A stretch of 64,000 nt of DNA from Candidatus Bathyarchaeia archaeon. Lineage in GTDB: Archaea > Thermoproteota > Bathyarchaeia > Bathyarchaeales > Bathycorpusculaceae. This document shows positions 19,078-28,799 of the stretch, one piece after another; the first letter of the stretch is position 1, and each line of letters starts with the position of its first letter. Made by a program: the position numbers and the translations under genes. The notes beneath the pieces were generated by a model. The model had not been told where the DNA came from, did no database searches, and was given only the letters and a program-made list of their open reading frames with translations. The stretch covers positions 127,194-191,193 of the forward strand of contig JBEKKK010000003.1 in assembly GCA_050010755.1 (NCBI GenBank). The letters are read 5' to 3'.

Positions 19078-19998
19078 TTGAAGAGGACAGTTTCTGGGAT
19101 ACTGTTCATGCTGCTTTTGATAGCGACGTTCACACTTGCATTTGACCTCGGACCCGCCTCGGCGCGCGCGCTAGCTGTTCCTCCAACAATCAGGAATATT
19201 TCTCAGGTTCCTGACGTAAACAGCGTTAATGACAGCCAAGCTGTGGCAGTGTCGGCTAACGTGACGGACAACAGCGGCACAGGATTTGCGAACGTTACCC
19301 TCGTCTATTCACCCGATGGTTGGACTATAAACTCCACTGCTGCAATGACGCCGAACGGTGCAACTGGGTTGTACGGTGGCACCATTCCAGGATTTTTGAG
19401 CGGAACGGTCGTCTACTATGTCATCCAGGCCTACGACAACAGCGGAGGCTTTACGGAAAGTACGCGCGGGACCTATACAGTCGTCTCAAAAGCGCAGGCG
19501 GTGCTGGTTACAGAGATAACACCCAGCACTACGTGGGTTTACCAAGGGCATGTTGTCAACGTCAACGTAACGGTCAGCAACGTCGGAGGTTCTGCCGAAA
19601 AGGTTTGGGTCACCCTGTTCTACAACTTAGCAGCCGAACTAATCATAGGTGCATATACCTCCGCCGTTATCCTGAATATGGGGCAAAACTACACGTTTCC
19701 GTTCACATGGAACACAACAGGCATACCCATCAACTATCCTGGCTACACGCTGACAGCAGTGGCCATGATTAGCGGAGGCTCGAACACACTCTCCGGGAAC
19801 ATAACGGTCAGACTCATTGGCGATGTCAACGGGGACGGAAAGGTTGATCTGAGAGACCTCGCGTTGGCTGCTAGAGCATTCGGTTCCACTCCAACAAGTC
19901 CAAACTGGAACCCAGCCGCAGACATAAACGGCGACGGCAAGGTCGACTTGAAAGACATCGCGTTGATAGCCAGAAACTTCGGACAACGCTACTCATAA
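19078..19998 (+). CDS. Secreted Ig-like + CARDB + dockerin protein
   Basis: TTG start after GGAGGAGGG; signal peptide; GDVNGDGKVDLRD...NWNPAADINGDGKVDLKD. Confidence 0.85.
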   Translation: MKRTVSGILFMLLLIATFTLAFDLGPASARALAVPPTIRNISQVPDVNSVNDSQAVAVSANVTDNSGTGFANVTLVYSPDGWTINSTAAMTPNGATGLYGGTIPGFLSGTVVYYVIQAYDNSGGFTESTRGTYTVVSKAQAVLVTEITPSTTWVYQGHVVNVNVTVSNVGGSAEKVWVTLFYNLAAELIIGAYTSAVILNMGQNYTFPFTWNTTGIPINYPGYTLTAVAMISGGSNTLSGNITVRLIGDVNGDGKVDLRDLALAARAFGSTPTSPNWNPAADINGDGKVDLKDIALIARNFGQRYS

Positions 19999-20124
19999 TC
20001 CCTTTTTGCAGCGATGCTCGGTATAGCGCGTGCTGGCTTTGTCTTGTGAAGTCGGTTCGTTTCGAGTAAGGTTTGGGCCGTCATGGGTGTTGTTTGTTTC
20101 TTGGGCCGTTTTGCGGGTGTGTGG

Positions 20125-20622
20125 TTAGGCGAGTTGTGACAGTGTGTTGCTGGTTAGGGTGATTTCCGTATCTAGTGGGGCTTGGTATGATTGTATTTCG
20201 ATTTTGAGCTCGTTCTGGAGGTAGGTTTCGAATTCATGGAACACAGGACTGTCTGTGTTGTTGAGTTTAATGCACTTGTTTTTTCCGTGTTGTACGGAGC
20301 TGAGGTCGAAGAGGGCTATGTTTTTGGAGTAGTCGGGTTTTTTGAGGACGGTGTTGTACATGTCTTGTGAGGGCGGTTCTGAGAAGAGCCAGGCTTGGTG
20401 GGATTGTTCAACGACTGTGTAGAGGAGTCCTTTGTGGACTATGCATTTTCTGTTTGTGATTATGGTTTTGAATGAGGCTGGGTTGACGTTTTTGGCTGAG
20501 AGGAAGTTGTGGTATTCGTTGTCGAGTTCGACCCAGTCTTCGTTTTCGGATGTTCTCCAGCCGCGGAGTCGGCAAAACTGTTTGAAGCTGGTGACGATTT
20601 CCCATATTCTGGAAATGTTCAT
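20125..20622 (-). CDS. Hypothetical protein
   Basis: 165-aa ORF divergent from the Lrp gene; SD-like GGGAAAG upstream. Confidence 0.75.
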   Translation of the reverse strand: MNISRIWEIVTSFKQFCRLRGWRTSENEDWVELDNEYHNFLSAKNVNPASFKTIITNRKCIVHKGLLYTVVEQSHQAWLFSEPPSQDMYNTVLKKPDYSKNIALFDLSSVQHGKNKCIKLNNTDSPVFHEFETYLQNELKIEIQSYQAPLDTEITLTSNTLSQLA

Positions 20623-20871
20623 AATCTTTCCCCGAGTTGGAGCCTTGTTCTAGAACAAAGTTCTATTCTATCGGCCGAAGGAATTAAGTGTTTCTGTAAC
20701 CACTTTCCGCAAAAATGAATATTTTCAGTCCAATTATTTGCGGTTTTAATTGCAAATACATGCGTTACACACAAATTCGCGGACAAATGGCGGCTATGGG
20801 TTTTTCCATGGAAATGTCTAGGAACACGCTCTTTTGATGATAAGGAATAAATTCATACGAGTTCACTCTGA

Positions 20872-21390
20872 ATGGCGGAGACGCAGGAATTGAGAGTCAA
20901 GAACAATACGGTTTCCTTGGATGCCATGGACATCGAGATTCTGAGAGCACTGCAGAAGGATAGCAGCGAAACATACGCTGCCATGGGCAAGCGGTTTGGA
21001 ATCGCTCATTCAACGGTGCGTGACAGGATACGGAAGATGGAGCAGCAGGGGGTAATACAGAACTATACGGCCACCATCGACGCTGAGAAGATTGGATTAA
21101 GAAACATAACAGCGATGATGACGGTTTACACGGATCCCAAGGAAACTGAGAGAGTGGCTGAGAAGTTGGCAGCGCTGCCAGAAGTTCTCGAGGCCTACAC
21201 GTCCCTTTCAGAAGAACTCCTTATCATCGCAAAAGTGTCGGCGGCAAGCCAGGAAAACCTACATGAGTTCATAGCCAACTCTGTCGCTCCCCTGCCTGGA
21301 GTCTCGAGAATTCGCACGTCAATCATCACGAAAAAGTTTAAAGAAACCCAATTTTCAATCACAGAGGCGTCAAAAAAGGTAAATTTATAA
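20872..21390 (+). CDS. Lrp/AsnC family transcriptional regulator
   Basis: LDAMDIEILRALQKDS...HSTVRDRIRKMEQQGVI HTH, followed by a RAM domain ending RIRTSII. Confidence 0.92.
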   Translation: MAETQELRVKNNTVSLDAMDIEILRALQKDSSETYAAMGKRFGIAHSTVRDRIRKMEQQGVIQNYTATIDAEKIGLRNITAMMTVYTDPKETERVAEKLAALPEVLEAYTSLSEELLIIAKVSAASQENLHEFIANSVAPLPGVSRIRTSIITKKFKETQFSITEASKKVNL

Positions 21391-21425
21391 AAGAGTATGC
21401 GATATCAAACACGGACTGACGAGTT

Positions 21426-21770
21426 ATGACTATGAATACGGATTCAAAGATCCTCAAAACAGTTCCGAGGGAGAAAGCGTTCTATTTCTTCACGTCGATT
21501 GGAAACTACACTGGATCGAGCGCAGCGTCCCTGAAGGAATTCATGGGAAGAATAAACGAGGTTAACGTGAAGTCCTTGGAGTTTCACCTGGGCCGCGGAG
21601 ACTTTGAAAAATGGGTAGCAGAGGTCCTGCAGGATCAAGAACTCGCGGGCGAAATCAAAAGGTTGCAGAAGCTAAACCTCACGGGCAACGGCCTGAGGGA
21701 CCAACTCAGCTTTGTCGTTTCGCGACGTGTGAAAAGATTGACAACTCAACCTACCCCTAGCCGCTACTAA
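21426..21770 (+). CDS. DUF5752-like small protein
   Basis: AFYFFTSIG...SLKEF...SLEFHL.RGDFEKWV..VL.D.ELA motif. Confidence 0.75.
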   Translation: MTMNTDSKILKTVPREKAFYFFTSIGNYTGSSAASLKEFMGRINEVNVKSLEFHLGRGDFEKWVAEVLQDQELAGEIKRLQKLNLTGNGLRDQLSFVVSRRVKRLTTQPTPSRY

Positions 21771-21921
21771 GAGCTCATACAAATTATCCAGCTCGCCTGC
21801 GGACAAAGACTGGCGAGATTTAAGAAAGCCGTCTTCGCTCTTGCGTCTTAGCTTTTCGTTCTAGATGAGTCTAACCATTGGCAAAAAACGTTTCTAAAAC
21901 AGTGGAAGGAACAAGCCTGTC

Positions 21922-24072
21922 TCAATAAGCCGTCGTACGCGTGCCAAAGAACCTAACCACTATGGCCATGTCTTTCATGTTAACTTTACCGTCACAGTTT
22001 ACGTCTGCGGCCAGGTTCCAGTTTGGACTGCCCGGGGTGGAGCCGAAGGCGCGGGCTACCAGAATTATATCTTTCATGTCGATTTTTCCGTCCCCGTTTA
22101 CGTCGCCTCTGAGCCTGACAGTTATGTTGCCGTCAATAAATGTGTTCGAACCCGTTGGTATGGTTGCCACAGCTGCTAATGTATAAATGCCCACTGGCAC
22201 GCCCACAGTACTCCAAACGAACGTGTGTGTGTAGTTTTGGTTCATCTCGAGATGAATTTGAAGCGCTCCTATGACCTGGTTGGCCGTTATGTTATAGTAG
22301 AGGGTGATCATCGCGTCTTCGGCGAAGTCTCCGATGTTCCAGACTGTGACGGTGATGTTGGCGCATTCATGTGGAATGACGGGTATGTCTTGGTAAGTCC
22401 ACGGTGGCCCCGTGACGCTTGTCACGATGACTTCGTGGATGCCTGTTATGTAAATGCCTGTTATTGTTCCGCATTCCTCAGTTACGTTGAGCGATGCCGA
22501 CTCTAGCGTCGACAAGCCGGTGGTCGAATTCCAATGGTATGTCGTCACGCTGCCGACCAATCGCGGCAGAAACTCGAAGGTGTGAGTGGACCCGACGAGC
22601 CATATGAACGACAAAGGCAGCTGCGCCGCAGAATATCCGACGGAGTCTACGATGACCACGGTACCATTGTAGTCAGAACCTACTCCAAGCTGATCAAATG
22701 TGACTGAAGCCTTCGGCGGTACGCTGATGGGAAGTATCTCGATGATAGGGCCAACCCACTCCGTAGCGATTGCCACGCCACCATCGATGGGATCTTTCCC
22801 GTCATAGACGCTGACAATTACCGTAGCTGCGCCTGAGAACGCCGACTTCGGAATGCAACTGCTGCAAACGGGTACGCTAATTGTCCAGTTCTTGTACTCA
22901 CCCCATGCTGCACCTTCCACAGTCGTCGTGAACTCTGCAGTTCCTATCGTAACATTCAGGTTGTCTGATATTTCAGCCAGAATAAGAATGGGGTATGGTT
23001 GACTAGTCGGGAGTTGTTGCATGTAGTATGAGCCGTAGGTCACGTAAACGTTAACGGGGTCGCCGTGGCCGTATCCAGGAGGTGGACCTGGCTCGGGCGG
23101 TGGATTGTCCGTCGTGACGTTCCAGACGTGCACGATGTAGTCATACTGGAATTGCATCGAATCTTCGACAAACTGATCGGCAACCTGAACTATCGTGGTC
23201 ACCGTCCAAGTTCCAAGCAGACCGTCCGGGTTTGGGGATTGCCATGGCATTCTAACACTGACGCTGGCAACCCCAATCGAGTCTGTCACACTACCGAGCG
23301 TAGCGTACAACGCGGAGTTTGGTTCCTGAATTTCGAAGGCAACCGTCTCGTTTTGCACCGGAACGCTGTTTGCGGTTACGAAAGCATTTAGGTATATCAA
23401 GGTCTGAGGCTCAACTACGTCCATCGGATTGTTGGGACCTTCTCCGCCGTATGGAGCTGGGAACGCTAAATCGGTTTGCTCAATGATGCCAACCAGGTTT
23501 CCATGGCCACCGTTTACTGCCCCACCGTATAGGTCCACATTCAAACCTGATTGAGTCTTCGCATACTGGAATTGCATCATATCCTCGGCTGACTGATTGG
23601 CAGCTTGTATTGTTGCGTTCACGGTCCAGGTGCCAAGAAGACTCTCTGGGTTTGTTGATGGCCATGGCATCCTAGCACTGACGCTGGCAACCCCAATCGA
23701 GTCTGTAAAACCCATAAGTGTAGTGTACAATGTAGAGTTTACTTCTTCACCGTAAATGGGTTCAAAAATTTCGAAGGCAACCGTCTCGTTTTGCACCGGA
23801 GCGCTGTTTTCGGTTACGTACGCGTTCAGGTAGATCAACGTTTGAGGCTCAACGGCGTTCATCGGATTGTTCGAGCCTTGTCCACCAAAAGGAGCCTGAA
23901 ACGCCAAATCGATTAGCTCGTGGACGCCAACCAAGCCTCCAGTGCCGCCGTTCACCGCCCCACCATAAAGATCGACAGCCAAAGTTGATAGAGCCCCAAC
24001 TGGAAGAGCCCTAACGCACATGAAGGCTAGGGTAATGATAATCAAAAATAGAATAGTCACTTTGGCCCTCAA
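21922..24072 (-). CDS. Secreted surface protein: two GGAVNGG/FPAPYGG domains, CARDB, dockerin
   Basis: Signal peptide, internal ~140-aa duplication visible at DNA level, C-terminal GDVNGDGKIDMKD...ADVNCDGKVNMKD. Confidence 0.85.
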   Translation of the reverse strand: MRAKVTILFLIIITLAFMCVRALPVGALSTLAVDLYGGAVNGGTGGLVGVHELIDLAFQAPFGGQGSNNPMNAVEPQTLIYLNAYVTENSAPVQNETVAFEIFEPIYGEEVNSTLYTTLMGFTDSIGVASVSARMPWPSTNPESLLGTWTVNATIQAANQSAEDMMQFQYAKTQSGLNVDLYGGAVNGGHGNLVGIIEQTDLAFPAPYGGEGPNNPMDVVEPQTLIYLNAFVTANSVPVQNETVAFEIQEPNSALYATLGSVTDSIGVASVSVRMPWQSPNPDGLLGTWTVTTIVQVADQFVEDSMQFQYDYIVHVWNVTTDNPPPEPGPPPGYGHGDPVNVYVTYGSYYMQQLPTSQPYPILILAEISDNLNVTIGTAEFTTTVEGAAWGEYKNWTISVPVCSSCIPKSAFSGAATVIVSVYDGKDPIDGGVAIATEWVGPIIEILPISVPPKASVTFDQLGVGSDYNGTVVIVDSVGYSAAQLPLSFIWLVGSTHTFEFLPRLVGSVTTYHWNSTTGLSTLESASLNVTEECGTITGIYITGIHEVIVTSVTGPPWTYQDIPVIPHECANITVTVWNIGDFAEDAMITLYYNITANQVIGALQIHLEMNQNYTHTFVWSTVGVPVGIYTLAAVATIPTGSNTFIDGNITVRLRGDVNGDGKIDMKDIILVARAFGSTPGSPNWNLAADVNCDGKVNMKDMAIVVRFFGTRTTAY

Positions 24073-24189
24073 TGAAAGCCCTTTCCCTCTCCCTTCTACA
24101 ACTATTTCACGGTTACGTTGATTTAAATGTTTGCTCCACTAGAGTCTGCACGTCAGTTTGAACGAATCTTTGCTCAACTTGGGGAAGGA

Positions 24190-25920
24190 CTAGTAGGTCG
24201 CTTGGCTGCCAAAGAACCTGACTACTAAGGCCATGTCTTTCATGTCAACGACACCGTCACAGTTTATGTCAGCGGCCGGGTTCCAGTTGGAGCTGTTCGG
24301 AGTGGATCCGAAGGCACGGGCCACCAACACGATGTCTCTCAAGTCGACCCTTCCGTCTCCGTTCACATCGCCTTTGATTCTGACGGTTATGTTACCGTCT
24401 ACGTAGATGAAGGAACCCGTTGGTATCGTTGCCACGGCCGTCAACGTGTAGGTTCGAGTTGGTATGCCAACAGTCTTCCAAATAAAAAGATGAGTGAAGT
24501 TTTGTCCTACTTCAAGATGGACCTGGAACGAGCCTACGAGTTGATTGGCGGTTATATTATAATAGAGGTAGACCGTTGCGTTTTCGGGAAAGTCTCCCAC
24601 GTTCTCGACCGTGACAGTGATGTTGGCACATTCATGAGGGATCACGGGTATGTCCTGGTACGTGTATGTTGGCGCCGAGACGTTAGTGATGATAACTGCG
24701 TGGAGGCCGGTTACGTAGTTGCCTATTATGTTTTCGCAGACAGCGGTCACGGTGATCGATGCCGACTGTAGGGTAAACAGACCGGTGGTGGAAACCCACT
24801 GGTACTTCCTGATACTGCCGACCAATGGTGACAGAAACGTGAAGTTGTGCGTGGAGCTGAGTATCCATATGAATGAAACAGGCAGTTGCGACAAGGAGTA
24901 GTTGACTCCGTCGACGATAAGCACGGTGCCATTGAAATCTGTGCCGACTCCCGTTACAAAAAAGGTTAGTGAACCTTTCGGCGGGACGCTTATGGGGAGT
25001 ATCTCAACCGTTGGACCTACCCACTCTGGCGTGATTGCCACACCGCCCTCTGATGGTTCTAATCCATCGAAGACGGAGATAGACACGGTGGCTAGGCCTG
25101 CGGCGGCGAACTTCGGTACGTCCAGGTTAACGTTAATTGTAGAGTTCTTGTACTCACCCCATGCTGCTCCTCCAACTGTTGTGGTGATTTCTGCGGTTCC
25201 TATCGTCACGTTCAGGTTGTCTGTTACTTCGGCTAGGATGAGGACCGGGTACGGTTGGCTGGTCGGCAGTTGTTGCATGTAGTATGAGCCGTAGGTCACG
25301 TGGATGTTTAGAGGGTCGCCGTGGCCGTATCCCGCGGGGGGGCCAGGCTCGGGCAACGGGTTGTCCGTTGTTACGTTCCAGACGTGGACGATATAGTCAT
25401 ACTGGAATTGCATCATATCCTCGGCTGACTTTGCCGCAACTTGTACTGTTGCATTCACGGTCCACGTGCCAAGCAGACCGTCCGGGTTTGCGGATGGCCA
25501 CGGCATCCTAGTGCTGAAGCTGGCAACTCCCATCGAGTCTGTCACATTCCAAAGTTCAGCGTACGACGTAAAGTTTGGTTCCTGCAGCAGGAAGGTAACG
25601 TTCTCATTTGACAACGGAAAGCTGTTTTCCGTAACGTATGCGTTCAAGTAGACCAGCGTTTGAGGCTCAACGACGTCCATCGGATTGTTAGGGCCCTCTC
25701 CGCCGTATGGAGCTGGGAACGCTAAATCGGTTTGCTCAATGATGCCAACAAGGTTTCCATGACCACCGTTCACTGCACCCCCGTATAGGTCCACAGTCAA
25801 ACCTGATAGAGCCTTCACAGGAGCAATCTCGGTGCACATGAAGGCGAAGGCAACACTGATCAACAAGAACAACATTAATGTTCTTCTAATAGAAAGCCCT
25901 CCGCCCCTTTGCTTCAACAA
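24190..25920 (-). CDS. Paralog of the previous gene with one FPAPYGG domain; CARDB, dockerin (start may be ATT at 25890)
   Basis: Near-identical DNA and protein segments to 21922..24072; dockerin GDVNGDGRVDLRD...ADINCDGVVDMKD. Confidence 0.85.
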   Translation of the reverse strand: MLKQRGGGLSIRRTLMLFLLISVAFAFMCTEIAPVKALSGLTVDLYGGAVNGGHGNLVGIIEQTDLAFPAPYGGEGPNNPMDVVEPQTLVYLNAYVTENSFPLSNENVTFLLQEPNFTSYAELWNVTDSMGVASFSTRMPWPSANPDGLLGTWTVNATVQVAAKSAEDMMQFQYDYIVHVWNVTTDNPLPEPGPPAGYGHGDPLNIHVTYGSYYMQQLPTSQPYPVLILAEVTDNLNVTIGTAEITTTVGGAAWGEYKNSTINVNLDVPKFAAAGLATVSISVFDGLEPSEGGVAITPEWVGPTVEILPISVPPKGSLTFFVTGVGTDFNGTVLIVDGVNYSLSQLPVSFIWILSSTHNFTFLSPLVGSIRKYQWVSTTGLFTLQSASITVTAVCENIIGNYVTGLHAVIITNVSAPTYTYQDIPVIPHECANITVTVENVGDFPENATVYLYYNITANQLVGSFQVHLEVGQNFTHLFIWKTVGIPTRTYTLTAVATIPTGSFIYVDGNITVRIKGDVNGDGRVDLRDIVLVARAFGSTPNSSNWNPAADINCDGVVDMKDMALVVRFFGSQATY

Positions 25921-25995
25921 TCATTTCATCCCTGAATACGATTGCTCAATACTTGCCCAATCATTTGCGAACTCTATCTTTCGCTCCAACGCGCA

Positions 25996-28377
25996 CTAGT
26001 AGGTCGTAAAGGCGCCTATGTTTCTGGCTATTAGAGCTAAGTCTTTCATGTCAACTACGCCGTCGCCGTTTATGTCAGCTGCCGGGTTCCAGTTCGGGCT
26101 GCTTGGGCTTTGGCCGAAAAGCATTGCCACGGTCGCGATGTCCCTTAAATCAACTCTCCCGTCGCCGTTGACATCGCCAACAAGTCTGACGGTTATGTTA
26201 CCGCCGATAAACGTGCCCGAACCCGAGGGTATCGTTACCACCGCTGCTAGCGTGTATGTGTGGCACGACACGGTTCCAGTGTTCCACATAAATGTGAGCG
26301 TGAAGTTTTGTCCTTTCTGCAGGAACACAGGGTATGCGCTTATGCGACCGGTTGCCGTTTTGTTGTAGTATGTGATGATGACCCACGCGCTTTCGTTGAA
26401 TTGCCCGATGTCGCTGACTGTGACGCTGATGTTGACGCTGAACCCGTGATAGACCCACAGGGGCGCCGTTATATTTGTAACTACAACGTTATGGGCGCCA
26501 GTCGTGTAGTCGCCAATCACGCTTCCAGGGCCGCCGATGGTTATTGTGGCAGACTGCAGAGTCGACAAGCCCGTTGTAGAGGTCCAGAAGTACTGCTTTG
26601 CAGGCGAAACGACGACGAGTGGCGACTGGAACGCGAAACTGTGCGTTGAGCCACTGTTGTACCAGAATGAAGTCGGCAGACTACTGACGCTATAGTTTGA
26701 GCCGTCTACGATGATCACTGTGCCCGTGAAGTCCGAGCCAACGCCTGATTGATTGAAAGTGACATAATATTGGGTCACGTAGTTCGCGGTCACTGTCTTA
26801 TTTCCGTCCATCATAACCGTCGTTGATGGTGAGCTTGGGCTGGTTATTTCCTGCATGTTAGTTGTTGTCCAGCCGGTGAATTGGTATTGGGAAATACTGG
26901 ACATTATCGTGACGCTCTGGTTTGCCGTTATTGGCGCTGAAGAACCTGCAGAATAGAGCCCCTGTCCAGTGGGAGTGCCGATGTCAGGCGGGTTTGTGAC
27001 CACCGTTAGGAAATACTGCGCAGTCGTAAAGGTTATAGCTTGACTTACGTTGGCGCTGCTGACCGTGATAGAACCAGACGCTGGAGAGGCCGCGTAGCCT
27101 AGGACAATGCCGACGGTGTATGGATAACCGCCATTGCTGATCCCTGAGAATGTGATAGTATCGGACGTTGAAGACTGTGTCACTCCGTTAAACGTCACGT
27201 TCCACATTGTGCCGGATGTTAAGCCGCTTTCGGTGAAGGACACAGAAAAAGTCTGCCCTGAGACAAAGTTGGCAGTTATCGTGCCTGGACTGCTGACGTT
27301 TGCCGTTGTGGAAGCTGATGATGGATTGCTCAATGTTATTGATCCCGTGGTCGTCCAGTTGGAGAACTTGAAGCCAGAGTTGGGCGTCGCGGATATCGGA
27401 AGCCCTCCAGCGTCCTCCCAGACATTCGTTCCCGATGGAGTAGTTGTTCCGCCTCCCGAAGGACTGACGGCAAACGATACTTCGTACTGAGTTTTGTAAG
27501 AGCCAGTCACGGTCTCGGTTGCTGAGACTGTTAAGGGCGAAGTGACGTTAACTCCCGTGTTGACGAACTGTTTGCCAGAAACGCTGCTTGAAACATTGGT
27601 CTGATACGCAAAGAGTAGAGTGTCTCCAGTGTTGGCTGAAGTGATATTCGGCAGTTGGCTGAAAGTCTTCGCTGTGCCATTAACGGTTACAACCGTTCCA
27701 GAAGCAGAACTGTCCAGGCCAGATTGGGCGAAGGTGATCTGCTGTTTCGAAACAACGCTACTGCTGAAAGTGTAGGTGCAGTTGCCGTAATTGAATCCTG
27801 GCTCTTCGATGCCAAGATTATCAAAACCGTAAGAAAGGAGAGAGTCCCATTGGATGATGCTTGAGAGTGAGCCGCCCGGCGCAGGAGCCTGAGTGATATT
27901 AAACTCTACGATGAACAAACTGCCAACGTCGATTGTGGCTAGGCCCGTACCCAAAATTGTTTCGCCAAAACCGTTAGGCTCGCCAATCGTGCCATCTGTG
28001 TTGTTCCAGACCGAGGGCTCTTGAACAAGGCTCGAAACGGCAATCCCGTTGGTCTCCATCCACAGGCTTTCTTTGCCCCCTGTGCCACTGAACGTAGCGG
28101 TCACTACTTGAAGCTGTGACGGGTCGAAGAATAGTCCAGCAGACCAACCAGAGCTGCTGTCGGGGGCATCGATCCAACCGGTCACGTTGAATAGTGTGCC
28201 CACTGAAGCAGTGTTGGTGCTGAAAGTTTCGGTGCTCGGGTCAAGGTATAGTGATGGTTGGGGGGGCTGAGCCTTTACTCTTGGCGTGACCACTTGAAGG
28301 CCTAAAATCTGTAAACCGACCATTAACATTGCCATGACAACTAGAGTCGAAATAATCTTGCTCAGTTTTCTATTCAT
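25996..28377 (-). CDS. Secreted cohesin-like + InlB-B/Ig-like repeats + CARDB + dockerin protein
   Basis: N-terminal domain is paralogous to that of 17837; SPSGGGTTTP..ATPNSGFKFSNW repeats; thermopsin-C-like VSFTESGL..WNVT repeat; C-terminal dockerin. Confidence 0.85.
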   Translation of the reverse strand: MNRKLSKIISTLVVMAMLMVGLQILGLQVVTPRVKAQPPQPSLYLDPSTETFSTNTASVGTLFNVTGWIDAPDSSSGWSAGLFFDPSQLQVVTATFSGTGGKESLWMETNGIAVSSLVQEPSVWNNTDGTIGEPNGFGETILGTGLATIDVGSLFIVEFNITQAPAPGGSLSSIIQWDSLLSYGFDNLGIEEPGFNYGNCTYTFSSSVVSKQQITFAQSGLDSSASGTVVTVNGTAKTFSQLPNITSANTGDTLLFAYQTNVSSSVSGKQFVNTGVNVTSPLTVSATETVTGSYKTQYEVSFAVSPSGGGTTTPSGTNVWEDAGGLPISATPNSGFKFSNWTTTGSITLSNPSSASTTANVSSPGTITANFVSGQTFSVSFTESGLTSGTMWNVTFNGVTQSSTSDTITFSGISNGGYPYTVGIVLGYAASPASGSITVSSANVSQAITFTTAQYFLTVVTNPPDIGTPTGQGLYSAGSSAPITANQSVTIMSSISQYQFTGWTTTNMQEITSPSSPSTTVMMDGNKTVTANYVTQYYVTFNQSGVGSDFTGTVIIVDGSNYSVSSLPTSFWYNSGSTHSFAFQSPLVVVSPAKQYFWTSTTGLSTLQSATITIGGPGSVIGDYTTGAHNVVVTNITAPLWVYHGFSVNISVTVSDIGQFNESAWVIITYYNKTATGRISAYPVFLQKGQNFTLTFMWNTGTVSCHTYTLAAVVTIPSGSGTFIGGNITVRLVGDVNGDGRVDLRDIATVAMLFGQSPSSPNWNPAADINGDGVVDMKDLALIARNIGAFTTY

Positions 28378-28494
28378 TTTTTACGCCATTCTCCTTTATT
28401 CGAATGAAATTTGCTATGGCGCAAGGCTCGCGCCTTCTGTCTTTCTCTCTTACCCTCATCTATCAAGTTTTGCGACCGAGCCTATTATTGTTTC

Positions 28495-28509
28495 TGGAAT
28501 AATCCTCCA
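28495..28509 (-). promoter_or_regulatory. Candidate operator TGGAA-TAATC-CTCCA (plus-strand spelling)
   Basis: Copy of the shared motif upstream of 28377, 5 bp from an AT-rich box. Confidence 0.6.
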
Positions 28510-28623
28510 TGTCGTATTTCGTTCAGAATATCGCTAGGCCGCGATCCTTTGAAGCATGAGCATCTAAGCGAGCTATCCTTTGGGCTGAAGCCTTTTCATG
28601 ATGATATATCAGAGTTGAACATA

Positions 28624-28638
28624 TAGAGGTATCTTACA
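28624..28638 (+). promoter_or_regulatory. Candidate operator TAGAG-GTATC-TTACA
   Basis: Degenerate motif copy 6 bp upstream of ATTAAATA, upstream of the 28800 gene. Confidence 0.4.
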
Positions 28639-28799
28639 TAGCTGATTAAATAGTTCCGTGTTCATGATTTTTTTGAAGTTAAAAGGAAGGAGTAGGCTTC
28701 GATGCGCGATTTGACGGGAGGTTAGCGCTGAAAAGCCGCCAGAAACTGGCAGTGTTGTGAATGACTCTATGCAAACGGAAGCTGCGAGAACTCAACGTT

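Noticed and set aside
21922-25920. Diversity-generating retroelement TR/VR pair
   Set aside because: No reverse transcriptase; both copies are coding, and the differences are mostly synonymous and not adenine-specific.
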